Assembly (NCBI GenBank): GCA_041497895.1
Contig: JBGQHJ010000025.1
Span: 1 to 40,846, forward strand
DNA: 40,846 nt
Source of the DNA: Candidatus Methylomirabilia bacterium
GTDB lineage: Bacteria > Methylomirabilota > Methylomirabilia > Rokubacteriales > CSP1-6
Direction of reading: 5' to 3'
This document shows positions 1 to 12,087 of the stretch, one piece after another. Each line of letters opens with the position of its first letter. Position 1 is the first letter of the stretch. A program made the translations under genes and the position numbers. The notes beneath the pieces were generated by a model, which was given only the letters and a program-made list of their open reading frames with translations, searched no databases and was not told the origin of the DNA.

Positions 1-170
1 AGGACGACGAAGGCCCACGGCTCCTGGTGCACCGCGGTCGGCGCCCGCACGGCGGCCCGGAGCAGCGCGAGGACCGTGGCGCGGTCGACCGGCTCGGGAC
101 CGTACGAGCGCACCGAGCGTCTCGCATGGATCGCATCCAGCACGGACATCTGGACTGTCGTCGTGGCCAT
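1..170 (-). CDS. Nitroreductase family protein (5' part; runs off the window edge)
   Basis: Not in the ORF track. Manual minus-strand translation from ATG 170 gives MATTTVQMSVLDAIHARRSVRSYGPEPVDRATVLALLRAAVRAPTAVHQEPWAFVV, with the RRSVR..APTA..QEPW.F FMN-nitroreductase motifs. Alternative ATG at 149. Confidence 0.9.
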   Translation of the reverse strand, partial: MATTTVQMSVLDAIHARRSVRSYGPEPVDRATVLALLRAAVRAPTAVHQEPWAFVV

Positions 171-183
171 GCCCCGGTTTCCG

Positions 184-199
184 TGCAACCGCGGTGCCA
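184..199 (-). promoter_or_regulatory. Sigma54 -24/-12 promoter (P1) for nitroreductase
   Basis: Minus strand reads TGGCACCGCGGTTGCA, matching TGGCAC-N5-TTGCW. Confidence 0.88.
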
Positions 200-251
200 T
201 CGAGGACGGCCATCGATTCACGGAGTTGAGCGCTCCCCGGTCCAAGGCGCC

Positions 252-288
252 CGGGGCAGCGATGCCTCCGTGTGGCGCGGAGGCATCA
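252..288. promoter_or_regulatory. Tandem palindromic activator boxes (putative UAS) of P1
   Basis: CGGGG-N8-CCTCC (252-269) and TGTGG-N8-CATCA (271-288). Similar pairs occur at all seven sigma54 promoters. Confidence 0.65.
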
Positions 289-333
289 ACGCCGGACCGG
301 AAGCGTCGCGCGCCGCGTGAGACAATCCCGGCG

Positions 334-1464
334 ATGCCGCACGAGGGCCCGACGACGGATACCGCGGTCCCGCGCCGCGCCCTGCTCGCGGCCGGGCTCG
401 CGCTGCTGGGCGGAGCGCTCCCGATGGCCCGGGAGGCCCGTGGGCAGGAGTCCGGCTCACCGCCCCGGACGGTCAAGGGCCTGTACCTCTCCTATCACGG
501 CGTCGGCGACCGCACGATCCGGGGACGGGTCTTCGACCTGCTGGACCGCACGGAGCTGAACGCGGTGGTGATCGACGTCAAGGGAGACGAGGGATACGTG
601 CCGTACGACAGCCAGGTCCCCCTCGCCCGCGAGGCCGGAGCCACCGCCAGGGTGCGCGTCCGCGACTTCGACGAGATCCTCGCCCGGTTGAAGGCAAAAG
701 GGATCTATCTCATCGCCCGGATCGTGGTGTTCAAGGACAACGTGCTGACCCGACACCAGCCCACGTGGGCCGTCACCGACACCGGGACGGGCGCCCTCTG
801 GCTCGACGCGGAGCGGCTGGCGTGGCTCGACCCCTTCGAGGAAGCGGCGTGGCCCTACGCGATCGCCATCGCGACCGAGGCGGCCCGCAAGGGATTCGAC
901 GAGATCCAGCTCGATTACCTGCGGTTCCCCACCGAGGGACACCTCGCGGCCGCGCGCTTCGGGCGACCGAACACGCCGGCAAGCCGCGGGCAGACCGTCA
1001 CCGCGTTCCTCGAGCGCACCCGCGCCGCGCTCGAGCCCACCGGCGCCTTGCTGGCCCTGGACGTGTTCGGGTATACCGCGTTCAACTTCGACGACACCGG
1101 CATCGGCCAGCGCATCGAGACCCTGGCGCCGCTGGTGGACGTCCTGTGCCCGATGGCGTATCCGTCGAGCTATCACCTCGGCATCCCGGGTTACCGGAAC
1201 CCGGTGACCCACCCGTACGAGATCGTGTTCGAGACCGTCCGGAGGGCCCGCGAGCGGACCGTGGGGACTCGGGTCCAGGTGCGCCCGTGGATCCAGAACT
1301 TTCGCGACTACGCCTTCGATCGCCGTCCGTTCGAGACGGCCGAGGTCCAGGCGCAAATGAGAGCGGCGCGGGATGCGGGGGCCGCCGGCTGGATGCTCTG
1401 GAATCCCCAGAACCGCTACACGGTCGAAGCGCTCGATCCCAAGCCCACGCCCATACCGCGGTAG
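334..1464 (+). CDS. Putative glycoside hydrolase (DUF4015-like), probably Tat-exported
   Basis: VKGLY, NAVVIDVK, IARIVVFKD, GFDEIQLDYLRFP, PMAYPS and RPWIQNF motifs. N-terminal PRRALL plus hydrophobic stretch. Start at ATG 334 chosen because TGnGACAAT lies 7 nt upstream. Confidence 0.8.
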   Translation: MPHEGPTTDTAVPRRALLAAGLALLGGALPMAREARGQESGSPPRTVKGLYLSYHGVGDRTIRGRVFDLLDRTELNAVVIDVKGDEGYVPYDSQVPLAREAGATARVRVRDFDEILARLKAKGIYLIARIVVFKDNVLTRHQPTWAVTDTGTGALWLDAERLAWLDPFEEAAWPYAIAIATEAARKGFDEIQLDYLRFPTEGHLAAARFGRPNTPASRGQTVTAFLERTRAALEPTGALLALDVFGYTAFNFDDTGIGQRIETLAPLVDVLCPMAYPSSYHLGIPGYRNPVTHPYEIVFETVRRARERTVGTRVQVRPWIQNFRDYAFDRRPFETAEVQAQMRAARDAGAAGWMLWNPQNRYTVEALDPKPTPIPR

Positions 1465-1536
1465 AAGGGACCGCGAGCTCTCGATGCCCGGTCCGGGGGC
1501 ACGCTCGCCGTCGTAGAGCGACTCCGCATAGCCATC

Positions 1537-1576
1537 CGGGGCGAACCTGCCACAGGTGTGGGTAGGAATCCCATCA
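1537..1576. promoter_or_regulatory. Tandem palindromic activator boxes (putative UAS) of P2
   Basis: CGGGG-N8-CCACA (1537-1554) and the more degenerate TGGGT-N8-CATCA (1559-1576). Confidence 0.55.
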
Positions 1577-1626
1577 CCGGGGAAATCGGCTGGACTACAA
1601 CTTGCCGAAGAGTCGGCGTTTCTGCC

Positions 1627-1642
1627 TGGCACTCGGAATGCA
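1627..1642 (+). promoter_or_regulatory. Sigma54 -24/-12 promoter (P2) for the BON gene
   Basis: TGGCACTCGGAATGCA: GG-N10-GC, one mismatch to consensus. Confidence 0.8.
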
Positions 1643-1762
1643 TCCTCTCCGTGTAAGCAATTCGACCAGACTGAAAGGAGGAAGGCACACAACAGATCCC
1701 ACCGAATGTCGATCCCTGATTTGGCTCCGCGCGCCACCCAGCCGCGGAGAAGGAGAGTAGTC

Positions 1763-2437
1763 ATGCCCCAGGCCATCAAGAAGACGGATACCCAGATCCA
1801 CCATGACGTGCTCGAGGAGCTCAAGTGGGACTCCCGCGTCGACGAGACCGAGGTCGGGGTCCAGGCGGCCGGCGGCGTGGTCACGCTGACCGGCACGGTG
1901 ACGAGTTGGGCAAAGCGCGTCGCGGCCCAGGAGGCGGCCCGCAGGGTGATCGGCGTGCTCGACGTGGCGAATGACATCAAGGTGAAGGTGCCGGGGGGAT
2001 TCTCGCGCAGCGACACCGAGATCGCCCAGGCAGTGCGGCGGGCGCTCGAATGGGACGTGTTCGTCCCTCAGGAGAAGATCACGTCCACGGTCACGGACGG
2101 CTGGGTCACGCTCGAGGGCCCCGTCGAGCGCTTGAGTCAGCGCGAGGCCGCGGAGCGCGCGGTCCGCAATCTTACGGGCGTGAAGATGGTCGTGAACAAG
2201 ATTACCGTGACGCCGACGAAGCCGGTGACCGGGGACGTCCGCAAGGCGATCGAGCAAGCTCTGGAGCGGCGCGCCGAACGCGAAGCCCGGCAGATCGGCG
2301 TTGACGTCAAGAACGGCACCGTGACCCTGACGGGGCCGGTCCACTCGTGGGCCGAGCGCAAGTCTGTGCTGGCGGCGGCTCGCTTCACTGCCGGTGTCCG
2401 CACCGTCGAGGACCACCTCCGCACAGAGCCGGTCTGA
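1763..2437 (+). CDS. Triple BON-domain protein (OsmY-like)
   Basis: Three repeats of the G.VTL.G.V...A...GV..V.N motif. AGGAGA RBS before ATG 1763. Alternative ATG at 1706. Confidence 0.92.
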   Translation: MPQAIKKTDTQIHHDVLEELKWDSRVDETEVGVQAAGGVVTLTGTVTSWAKRVAAQEAARRVIGVLDVANDIKVKVPGGFSRSDTEIAQAVRRALEWDVFVPQEKITSTVTDGWVTLEGPVERLSQREAAERAVRNLTGVKMVVNKITVTPTKPVTGDVRKAIEQALERRAEREARQIGVDVKNGTVTLTGPVHSWAERKSVLAAARFTAGVRTVEDHLRTEPV

Positions 2438-2509
2438 CCGGGTCGTCAGGGCACCCGAGGGCGCTGGGCCGCCTGCCGGTTCATCCGGGGGCGGCTCACG
2501 TCCAGCGGC

Positions 2510-2785
2510 TCATAGCGGGTGCGTCTGGCCGCTGGGGTTACATCGTGTTGCGGTCGCCAGGTAGTCCACGCAGGCATCGAGCGTGGCGAGCTTGGGATAG
2601 TCCGCCTCGGGAATCTCCACCTGGAGCGCGGCGTGCAGCGCGATCACGAAGTTGAGGTGATCCATGGAATCGAGATCGAGCTGATCACGGAACGGCACGT
2701 CGGGGGCCAGCGTGGCCGGGTCCGCCTCGGGCGCAATCTCGCCGAGGGTGCGCAGCACCGCGGCCCGGATCTCCTCGCGGGTCAT
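2510..2785 (-). CDS. Acyl carrier protein (phosphopantetheine-binding)
   Basis: [20 protein letters not shown]...DLDSMD (Ppant Ser)...EIPEADY. ATGA overlap with the E2 stop. Confidence 0.9.
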   Translation of the reverse strand: MTREEIRAAVLRTLGEIAPEADPATLAPDVPFRDQLDLDSMDHLNFVIALHAALQVEIPEADYPKLATLDACVDYLATATRCNPSGQTHPL

Positions 2786-3948
2786 AGCCGGCCCGGCTCC
2801 TGCAGCAGGCGGTCCACCGCGGCCAGGAAAAGCCCGCCCCGGTGCCCGTCGCTCACCCGATGGTCGGCGGCGAGCGTAGCGGTGAGGAGAGGACGGACGA
2901 CGACCTGTCCCTCCACGGCCCACGGGCGCTCGACGATCTTGCCGAAGCCCACGATCGCGACCTGCGGCGGGAAGATGATTCCGAAGACGCTCTCCACGCC
3001 CTGCTCGCCCAAGCTCGTCACGGTGATGGTCGGGTCGGAGAGCTCCGAGCTGCGCAGCCCGCCGCTCCGTGCGCGCTGGACGAGGTCGCGAAAGCCCCGC
3101 ATGAGGTCGCCCAGACTCTGGCCGGCGGTGTCGTGGAGCGCCGGGGCGACGAGCCCCCCGCCCCGGAGTGATATGGCCACCCCCACGTGGACGGCGTCGC
3201 TCCGGACCGGCTCGCCCCCCCGCCACACCGAGTTGAGCTCGGGCGTCTCCCGCAGGGCCAGCGCCACCGCCTTGATGAGGAGCACGCCGTAGAGGAGCCG
3301 GTCCGGAACCGGCCGCCTGAGGTTCTCCTCGGCGAGCCAGGTCATCACCCGGTGCATATCGACCGTCGTGGCGAGGTAGTAGTGGGGGATCTCGCGCTTG
3401 GAGCGCGCCATGGCGGCTCCGATCGCCTGCCGCGCCCGGGCCTGCCGGTCGAGCGGCGCGCGGGGCTTCTCGGCGGGCGCGGCAACCTTCGCGGCCGCCG
3501 CCTGCTCGATGTCCTCACGCCGGACCGATCCACCCGGGCCCGTCCCGCGGACGCTCGCGGGATCGATGCCCAGTAGGGCGGCGCGCTTCCTCGCCAGCGG
3601 CGAGATCCGGAGCCGACCGGATGGGGCCGCCGCCGGCACGACGGCAGCCGGTGCCCGACCGACGGCCGGCGCGGGCGGCGGCACCACCGCGGGGGCCGGG
3701 GCGGCGGCCGGCCTCTCGTCCCGGATGATCGCGAGGACCGTGCCGGTGGGCACCGTCGCGCCCGGCTGAACGACGATCTTCTCGAGCACGCCGGGCACGA
3801 AGACCTCGATATCAATCAGTCCCTTGTCGGTCTCGACCACCGCGATGGTGTCGCCCCGCTTGAGCGCGTCCCCCGCCTGCTTGCGCCACTCGACGAGCGT
3901 GCCCGCGCTCATGTCCGCGGTCAGGATCGGCATCAGGAACTCAGCCAT
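2782..3948 (-). CDS. pdhC: 2-oxoacid dehydrogenase E2, dihydrolipoamide acyltransferase
   Basis: Lipoyl domain (VETDK), E3/E1-binding domain (ISPLARK..GTGPGG) and catalytic DHRVSDG. Confidence 0.93.
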   Translation of the reverse strand: MAEFLMPILTADMSAGTLVEWRKQAGDALKRGDTIAVVETDKGLIDIEVFVPGVLEKIVVQPGATVPTGTVLAIIRDERPAAAPAPAVVPPPAPAVGRAPAAVVPAAAPSGRLRISPLARKRAALLGIDPASVRGTGPGGSVRREDIEQAAAAKVAAPAEKPRAPLDRQARARQAIGAAMARSKREIPHYYLATTVDMHRVMTWLAEENLRRPVPDRLLYGVLLIKAVALALRETPELNSVWRGGEPVRSDAVHVGVAISLRGGGLVAPALHDTAGQSLGDLMRGFRDLVQRARSGGLRSSELSDPTITVTSLGEQGVESVFGIIFPPQVAIVGFGKIVERPWAVEGQVVVRPLLTATLAADHRVSDGHRGGLFLAAVDRLLQEPGRL

Positions 3949-4924
3949 GGGCGACCAGCATCTCCCTGACCGCCTCCACGATGGCCGGAACCTGCGGCAG
4001 CGCCGCGTCTTCCATGTGCTTGGCGTACGGCATCGGCACCTCGGCGCTGCACACGCGCGCGACCGGTGCGTCCAGGCTGTAGAAGCCGCCCTCCATGATC
4101 CGCGCGCTCACCTCGGCTGCGAAGCTGCCGGTGCGCCATCCCTCGTCCACGATCACCGCCCGGTGGGTCTTGGCCACCGAGGCGAGAACGGTCTCGGTGT
4201 CGAGCGGCCGCAGGGTGCGCAGGTCGACCACCTCGGCCTCGACGCCGTCCCGGGCCAGAAGGTCGGCGGCCTGGAGCGTCATGCCGAGGGTCCCGCCGTA
4301 GGTGATCAGGCTGACCGCGTCGCCGGGGCGCCGCACCAGGGCCCGGCCGATCTCGGCGGGCCCGGCCCGCTCGTCGACCTCCCCTTCCACCGGGTAGAGG
4401 GTCGCGTGCTCGAAGATGAACACCGGGTCCGGGTCGCGCAGGGCCGCGAGCACGAACCCCCGGGCGTCGGCCGCGACCGCGGGGGCCACGATCTTGATCC
4501 CCGGGATATGGGCGAACCAGCCCTCGAGGCTGTGCGAGTGCTGGGCCGCGAGCTGTCGGCCGCCGCCGGTGGTCATGCGCACCACGAGCGGCACGCTGAG
4601 CTGCCCGCCCGACATGTGCCGCAGGGTGGCCGCGTTGTTGACGATCTGGTCGAGGGCCAGCAGGCTGAAGTTGACGGTCATGATCTCCACGATGGGACGC
4701 ATGCCGCCGAGAGCGGCGCCGATGCCGGCCCCGAGAAAGGTGTTCTCGGACAGCGGCGTGTCGCGCACCCGCTCCGGACCGAACTCCTCGAGCAGGCCGA
4801 AGCTGACCTTGAAGGCGCCGCCGTAGCCGCCCACGTCCTCCCCCATCAGGAACACGCGCGGATCCGTCCGCATCGCCTCGCGCATCGCCGAGCGGATCGC
4901 GTCCCGGTAGCTCATCGTGGTCAT
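3941..4924 (-). CDS. pdhB: Pyruvate/2-oxoacid dehydrogenase E1 beta subunit
   Basis: [22 protein letters not shown] and DLRTLRPLD motifs. ATGA overlap with pdhA. Confidence 0.93.
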   Translation of the reverse strand: MTTMSYRDAIRSAMREAMRTDPRVFLMGEDVGGYGGAFKVSFGLLEEFGPERVRDTPLSENTFLGAGIGAALGGMRPIVEIMTVNFSLLALDQIVNNAATLRHMSGGQLSVPLVVRMTTGGGRQLAAQHSHSLEGWFAHIPGIKIVAPAVAADARGFVLAALRDPDPVFIFEHATLYPVEGEVDERAGPAEIGRALVRRPGDAVSLITYGGTLGMTLQAADLLARDGVEAEVVDLRTLRPLDTETVLASVAKTHRAVIVDEGWRTGSFAAEVSARIMEGGFYSLDAPVARVCSAEVPMPYAKHMEDAALPQVPAIVEAVREMLVAHG

Positions 4925-5897
4925 GGCGTCTCCGTGTAGACGTCCCGGGTCAGGTCCTCCACCGGCTCCCAGGGCCCGGTCTCGGCCACGCGCACCGCCT
5001 CGTCGATCTCTCCGCTGACGGCGGTCTCGAGCGCGGCCAGATCCGAGTCGCTCACGAGCCCAATCTCTCGCAGCCGCGCGATGAACAACCCGATCGGATC
5101 GCGCTGCTTCCACTCCGCGACCTCCTCCTTTCCCCGGTAGAGCTCCGGATCGGCGGTGGAGTGGGCGCGGAATCGATAGGTCCGGAGCTCCAGCAGGAAG
5201 GGGCCGTCGCCGCGTCGGACGTGCGCGGCGGCTCGCCGCGCGGCCGCTTCCACCGCCACGACGTCCATGCCGTCGGCGGCCTCCGACGGCATCCCGTAGG
5301 CGTCCGCCTTCCGCCGGATATCGGGCTGCGCCTGGTGGCGGGCCAGCGCGGTGCCCATCGCGTACAGGTTGTTCTCGCAGAGGAAGAGGACCGGCAGCTT
5401 CCACAGCGCGGCCAGGTTCAGCGACTCGTGGAACTCGCCCTCGGCCACCGCCCCGTCGCCGAAGAAGCACGCGGTCACCCGCGCGCGGGATTGCAGCTTG
5501 TCCGCCAGCGCCAGCCCCACCGCGACGGGCAGGCCGCCCCCGACGATGGCGTGGCCCCCGTAGAACCGCCGCGTCACGTCGAAGAAGTGCATGGAGCCGC
5601 CGTGGCCCCGGCTGCAGCCGTTGGCCTTGCCGTACATCTCGGCCATCAGCGAGCCGGCCGGGATCCCCCGCGCCAGCGCCTGGCCGTGCTCCCGGTAGGT
5701 CGCCACGATACCGTCCTCCGGCGTGAGCGCCTGCATGGCCCCCACCGCCACCGCTTCCTCGCCGATGTAGAGGTGGAGGAAGCCGCGGATCTTGCCCACG
5801 GTGTAGAGCTCGGCGGCCTTCTCCTCGAAGCGCCGGATGAGCAGCATCTGGCGGAGCAGGGTCACCGCGTGCGATCGATCCAGGGCGCCCGGGACAC

Positions 5898-5901
<4 letters not shown>
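4921..5901 (-). CDS. pdhA: Pyruvate dehydrogenase E1 alpha subunit
   Basis: [16 protein letters not shown], ThDP motif GDGA...ENN and [12 protein letters not shown] overlap with acs. Confidence 0.93.
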
Positions 5902-7673
<1,772 letters not shown>

Positions 7674-7721
7674 GGCCGGCCTCGTCTCCCTTCACGGCGG
7701 ATCTGTGCCTTCGTGAGATAG

Positions 7722-7737
7722 AGCAACCGAAGTGCCA
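7722..7737 (-). promoter_or_regulatory. Sigma54 -24/-12 promoter (P3) for acs-pdh-ACP
   Basis: Minus strand reads TGGCACTTCGGTTGCT. Confidence 0.9.
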
Positions 7738-7764
7738 ACGGGGCCGCCGCGGGAACTCGCACCG

Positions 7765-7777
7765 AATCAGAGCCTTG
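7765..7777 (+). promoter_or_regulatory. IHF-binding site
   Basis: AATCAGAGCCTTG is an exact match to WATCARNNNNTTR and lies between the UAS pair and P3. Confidence 0.65.
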
Positions 7778-7809
7778 CGGCTGGGCTCGGCCGCCGGCCG
7801 GCCGCGCGG

Positions 7810-7848
7810 CGCGGAGACGCCGCCCCAGGCCGGGGCAGCGGCGTCCCA
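7810..7848. promoter_or_regulatory. Tandem palindromic activator boxes (putative UAS) of P3
   Basis: CGCGG-N8-CCCCA (7810-7827) and CGGGG-N8-TCCCA (7831-7848). Confidence 0.6.
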
Positions 7849-7860
7849 CTCCGGCCGCCC

Positions 7861-8982
7861 TCAGCGCGCCAGCCGAGCGAAGCGGCGGACCGAGATGCCG
7901 AAGAGAATCACGCCGAGGGCGAGGATGCCGAGCACGTCCGGCCAGACGTACGCGAGGCCGTTTCCCTTGAACAGGACCTGGTAGCCGAAGTCCACGTAGT
8001 GCCGCACCGGCGAGAACAGCCCCGCGTACCGCATGAGCGGCCCCATGGCCTCGGGCGGGGTGAAGGCGCCCGACAGGAGCATCATCGGGTACAGGATCAG
8101 GAGCAGGAGGAGCATCGCCTGGCCGAGGTTCCGGGCCACCATGGCGATCGCGAGGCCCAGGCTCGCCATCGCGAACACGTACACAACGGAGACGGCGTAG
8201 AAGAGCGCGACGCTCCCGCGGATGGGCGTCCCGAAGACACCGTGCACGATGCCGAACACCGAGCCGAGCGCGGCGAGCGGCACCAGGGCCACCACCGGGA
8301 CCACCTTGGCCGCGAACAGCTCCCACGGCCGCAGCGGGCTCACCAGGAGGTGCTCGAGCGTGCCGTGCTCGCGCTCGCGCACCATGGCCGCCGCGGCCAG
8401 CAGCATGGCGATCATGGTCACCTGGTTCAGCACCTCGAGTAGACCCGAGAACCAGGTCTCGACCAGGTTCGGGTTGTACTCGACGCGCACCCGGGCGTCC
8501 ACCTGGGGCAGGCCCGCCCGGCCCGCGGCGCCCAGCCGCGCCTCCAGCAGCTCCACGCCGTAGCGGCCGGCGATGCTCGCGATGTGGGCGCCCGCGATCG
8601 TGGCCGACATGGACTGGCTGCCGTCGGAGATCACCTGGAACCGGGCGCTCCCTCGCTGCAAGCGGCGCTCGAAGTCGGCGGGAATGACGACCGCGAGGCT
8701 GGCCCGCCCGGAGTCGAGCCAGCGCACCACTTCCGCGTCGCTCCCCGCGTAGCCGACGATCTTGAAGTAGGGGGCGCGGAATCGGGAGAGCAGCTCGCGG
8801 CTCGCCGGGCCGCGGGAGAGGTCGAGCACGAGCGTGCGGTAGTTGCGGAGCTCGGAGCCGATGCCATGTCCGCCGGTGTAGACCGCGCCGGTGAAGGCCC
8901 AGACCACGAACAGCAAGATGGGCACGTCCCGGAAGAGCTGGCTCCACTCCTTCCGGATCATGGCCGCGAGCCGGCTGCCCAT
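7861..8982 (-). CDS. ABC-2 type permease (YbhR/YhhJ-like)
   Basis: MIRKEWSQLFRD, YNPNL, VREREHGTLEHLLVSP and several TM helices. Confidence 0.9.
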   Translation of the reverse strand: MGSRLAAMIRKEWSQLFRDVPILLFVVWAFTGAVYTGGHGIGSELRNYRTLVLDLSRGPASRELLSRFRAPYFKIVGYAGSDAEVVRWLDSGRASLAVVIPADFERRLQRGSARFQVISDGSQSMSATIAGAHIASIAGRYGVELLEARLGAAGRAGLPQVDARVRVEYNPNLVETWFSGLLEVLNQVTMIAMLLAAAAMVREREHGTLEHLLVSPLRPWELFAAKVVPVVALVPLAALGSVFGIVHGVFGTPIRGSVALFYAVSVVYVFAMASLGLAIAMVARNLGQAMLLLLLILYPMMLLSGAFTPPEAMGPLMRYAGLFSPVRHYVDFGYQVLFKGNGLAYVWPDVLGILALGVILFGISVRRFARLAR

Positions 8983-10127
8983 CAGCCGAGCCGCTTGCGG
9001 AGGGCGAGCCAGGCCGCCACGTACACGACCCCGCAGTAGAGCGCGAGGATCATCAGGCTCGGCGCGTACGGGGCGAGCCCGCCGCCCTTGAGGTAGCTGC
9101 CGCGGACGACGTCCATGAAGTAGGTCGCGGGGATGAGGCGGCTCACGAATCGCCCCACCGCGTCCAGGCTCCCCGCCGGCGTGAAGATGCCGGAGAACGT
9201 GAAGGCGGGGGCCACCGCGCCGAGGAACGTGGCCAGCATCGCGGCGAGCTGGCTGCGGGTCGACGCGGAGATCATCAGACCGACACCGACCGTGCACACC
9301 GAGTAGAGCAGCGCGCCGGTCGACAGGATCCACACCGCGCCCACGAAGCGGACCCGAAAGAGCCAGATGCTGGCCGCGAAGATCACGAGGAAGTCGAGGA
9401 AGGAGACCGCCACGTAGGGCAGCGCCTTGCCGACGAGGATGTCCCACCGCCCGGCGGGCGAGCAGTAGAGATTGAGGATGGTGCCGCTCTCCCGCTCCCG
9501 CACGATCAAGAGCGCGCTGAGCAACGGAGGGAAGATCATCAGGATCACGACCAGCAGGCCCGGCACCACGAAGTTCTTGCTCTCGAGCGTCGGGTTGTAC
9601 CAGACCGCCAGCTCCATCTGGACCGGCCACGGGGAGGCGTCGCCCGCGCCGTGGCGGGCCAGATACTCCCGAAGGAGCTGCTGGTTGTAGAGCGCGCTGA
9701 TCGCCTCCACGTAGCCGGCCCCGATCTGGCCGCGGGTCGGGAACGAGCCGTCGACGGTCACCCCGACCGAGGTGGGCAGGTCGCCGCTCAGCCGACGCCC
9801 GAAGTCGGGCGGGACATCGATGACGACCCGGGCCCGCCCGGACCGGATCCACTCGCGGGCCTGCTCGGCGCTGTCGAGCACGCCGACGAGCTGGAAGTAC
9901 TCGGAGTGGACGACCCCGTCGATGTAGGCGCGGCTCCACGGGGAGCGGTCGTGATCGACCACCGCGACGAGCAGGCCCTTGACGTCGAGCGAGAGCTGGT
10001 AGCCGAGGAGCAGGATGAGCAGCAGCGGCACCACCACCGCGAGCCCCAGGTACGCGGGATCCCGGAGGAGCTGCCGGGTCTCCTTCCGGGCGATGGCAAG
10101 CGCGCGATCGAGGCCGAGCCTACGCAC
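8982..10127 (-). CDS. ABC-2 type permease (YbhS-like)
   Basis: ARKETRQLLRD, WYNPTLES..FVVPG and VRERESGTI. Confidence 0.9.
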   Translation of the reverse strand: MRRLGLDRALAIARKETRQLLRDPAYLGLAVVVPLLLILLLGYQLSLDVKGLLVAVVDHDRSPWSRAYIDGVVHSEYFQLVGVLDSAEQAREWIRSGRARVVIDVPPDFGRRLSGDLPTSVGVTVDGSFPTRGQIGAGYVEAISALYNQQLLREYLARHGAGDASPWPVQMELAVWYNPTLESKNFVVPGLLVVILMIFPPLLSALLIVRERESGTILNLYCSPAGRWDILVGKALPYVAVSFLDFLVIFAASIWLFRVRFVGAVWILSTGALLYSVCTVGVGLMISASTRSQLAAMLATFLGAVAPAFTFSGIFTPAGSLDAVGRFVSRLIPATYFMDVVRGSYLKGGGLAPYAPSLMILALYCGVVYVAAWLALRKRLG

Positions 10128-12087
10128 GGCCGAGCCCCGCGGCGCGCAGCACGCTGACGAACGTGTCCTCCATCGACAGGGGCCGGGTCTCCACGGTGGC
10201 GGCGAGACCGGCGCCGGCGAGCGCTTCCATCGCGGCCCGGCGATCCTCCTCGGGCCGCCCGGTCTGCCAGCGGACGTGGCGGCCGTGGAGCATGGCGTCG
10301 GGAAAACGCGCCTGCAGCAGCGTGAACGCGCGGCCGAACTCCCGCGCGTCCACCGACAGCATCGGCCCCCCGGCGGTCTCGGCGCGCGCGCGCAGCTCCG
10401 ACGGGGTTCCCAGCCCGACCAGCCGGCCCTCGTGCATGAAGCCGAGGCGATCGCAGTGGGTGGCCTCGTCCATGTAATGGGTGGAGACCAGCACCGCGAC
10501 GCCGTGCTGGTGCGCCAGGAGGTGCACGAGGTCCCAGAACTGGCGACGGGCCAGGGGGTCCACGCCGGCGGTGGGCTCGTCGAGGAACAGCACGGGCGGC
10601 TCGTGCAGGATCGCGCTGGAGAGCGCCAGCCGCTGGCGCACGCCCAGCGGCAGCGCCGCGGGCGGGCGGTCCGCGAGGCGCTCGAGACCCAGGCTCGACA
10701 GCAGAACGTCGATCCGGACCCGCCGCCGGGCGCGGGGAATCCCGTACAGACCGGCCGACAGCCGGAGGTTCTCGAGCACCGTCTGGTCCCGGTACAGCGA
10801 GAACCGCTGGGACATGTAGCCGATGTGGCCGCGAAGCTCGGCGCGGGCCCGCCGCACGTCGAGGCCGGCGACGACGGCGTTGCCGTCGGCCGGGACCTGG
10901 AGCCCGCAGAGCATCTTGATCAGCGTCGTCTTGCCGGCGCCGTTGGGACCGAGCAGGCCCAGGATCTCCCCGTCGTCGACGGTCAGACTGACGCCGTCCA
11001 CCGCGGTGAAGGCGCCGAAGCGGCACGTGAGCCGATCCGCGACGATCGCCCCGCCCGCAGACCGGGGCCGCGCGGCCTCGACCAGCTCCGGCGGGGCGCC
11101 GGCCGGACCCAACCCCTCCCGGGTGACGCGCTCGACGAAGACGTCCTCGAAGCCGGGACGAACGGGCTCGACCGTGAACCCGGTGAGACCGGCGGCGGCG
11201 AGCGTCCCGGTGGGGTCGCCGTCCGTGTCGCCCGCGAGCACGCGGACCTCCCCGCCCGCGATCGCGATCGACCGCACGCGCGCCTGCGCCCGGAGCGCGG
11301 CCACCACGTCGTCGGGATGGTCGCTGCGCACGCTCCAGACCTGCCCGACGAGCCCCGCGGTCAGCTCGTCCGGGCTCCCGGCCGCGATGACCACGCCGTC
11401 GTGCATGAGGCTCACCCGGTGACACCGCTCGGCCTCGTCCATGTACGCGGTGGTCATGAGCACGGTCACGCCGCGGCTCGCCACCAGCGCGTGGATGATC
11501 GACCAGAAGTCGCGGCGGGAGATCGGATCCACGCCGGTGGTGGGCTCGTCCAGCAGGAGCACGTCCGGGAGATGGATGAGGGTGCAGATGAGGGCCAGCT
11601 TCTGCCGCATCCCGCCCGAGAGCGTGGCGGCCGGGCGCTCGAGAAATCGCTCGAGGCGCGTCATGCGAAGGAGGCGCTCGCGATTGTCGGCGTACTGCTC
11701 CCGCGGCACGCGGCGCAGGTCGCGGAAGAACTCGATGTTCTCCCGGACGGTGAGCGAGTCGTAGAGATTGAGCCCGAGCCCCTGAGGCATGTATCCGATG
11801 CCGGCCTTCACCGCCTCGGGGTCCCGCCGCACGTCCACGCCCGCCACCCGCGCCGCCCCCGAATCGGCGCGGAGCACGCCGGCCAGCACCTGGAGCACGC
11901 TCGTCTTCCCGGCCCCGTCGGGCCCGATCAGGCCGAACACCTCGCCGCGTCCCACCTCGAACGAGACGTCGCGCACCGCGCGGATCCGACCCCGGCGGTA
12001 GCTCCGGCACAGCGCCTCCACCCGGATCCGCGGCGGTCCCTCGGCGAGATCTCCCGCCGGGCGCCCGGGTGGATCGGGAGCCGTCAC
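10120..12087 (-). CDS. Tandem ABC ATPase (YbhF/RbbA-like)
   Basis: Two NBDs: GPDGAGKT..LSGGMRQK..LLDEPT and GPNGAGKT..LPLGVRQR..FLDEPT. GTGA overlap with the HlyD gene stop. Confidence 0.9.
   Translation of the reverse strand: MTAPDPPGRPAGDLAEGPPRIRVEALCRSYRRGRIRAVRDVSFEVGRGEVFGLIGPDGAGKTSVLQVLAGVLRADSGAARVAGVDVRRDPEAVKAGIGYMPQGLGLNLYDSLTVRENIEFFRDLRRVPREQYADNRERLLRMTRLERFLERPAATLSGGMRQKLALICTLIHLPDVLLLDEPTTGVDPISRRDFWSIIHALVASRGVTVLMTTAYMDEAERCHRVSLMHDGVVIAAGSPDELTAGLVGQVWSVRSDHPDDVVAALRAQARVRSIAIAGGEVRVLAGDTDGDPTGTLAAAGLTGFTVEPVRPGFEDVFVERVTREGLGPAGAPPELVEAARPRSAGGAIVADRLTCRFGAFTAVDGVSLTVDDGEILGLLGPNGAGKTTLIKMLCGLQVPADGNAVVAGLDVRRARAELRGHIGYMSQRFSLYRDQTVLENLRLSAGLYGIPRARRRVRIDVLLSSLGLERLADRPPAALPLGVRQRLALSSAILHEPPVLFLDEPTAGVDPLARRQFWDLVHLLAHQHGVAVLVSTHYMDEATHCDRLGFMHEGRLVGLGTPSELRARAETAGGPMLSVDAREFGRAFTLLQARFPDAMLHGRHVRWQTGRPEEDRRAAMEALAGAGLAATVETRPLSMEDTFVSVLRAAGLGRA

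Noticed and set aside
261..287. 10-bp inverted repeat GATGCCTCCG/CGGAGGCATC as a terminator or sRNA
   Set aside because: It lies between divergent genes, has no U-tract, and coincides with the tandem activator boxes.
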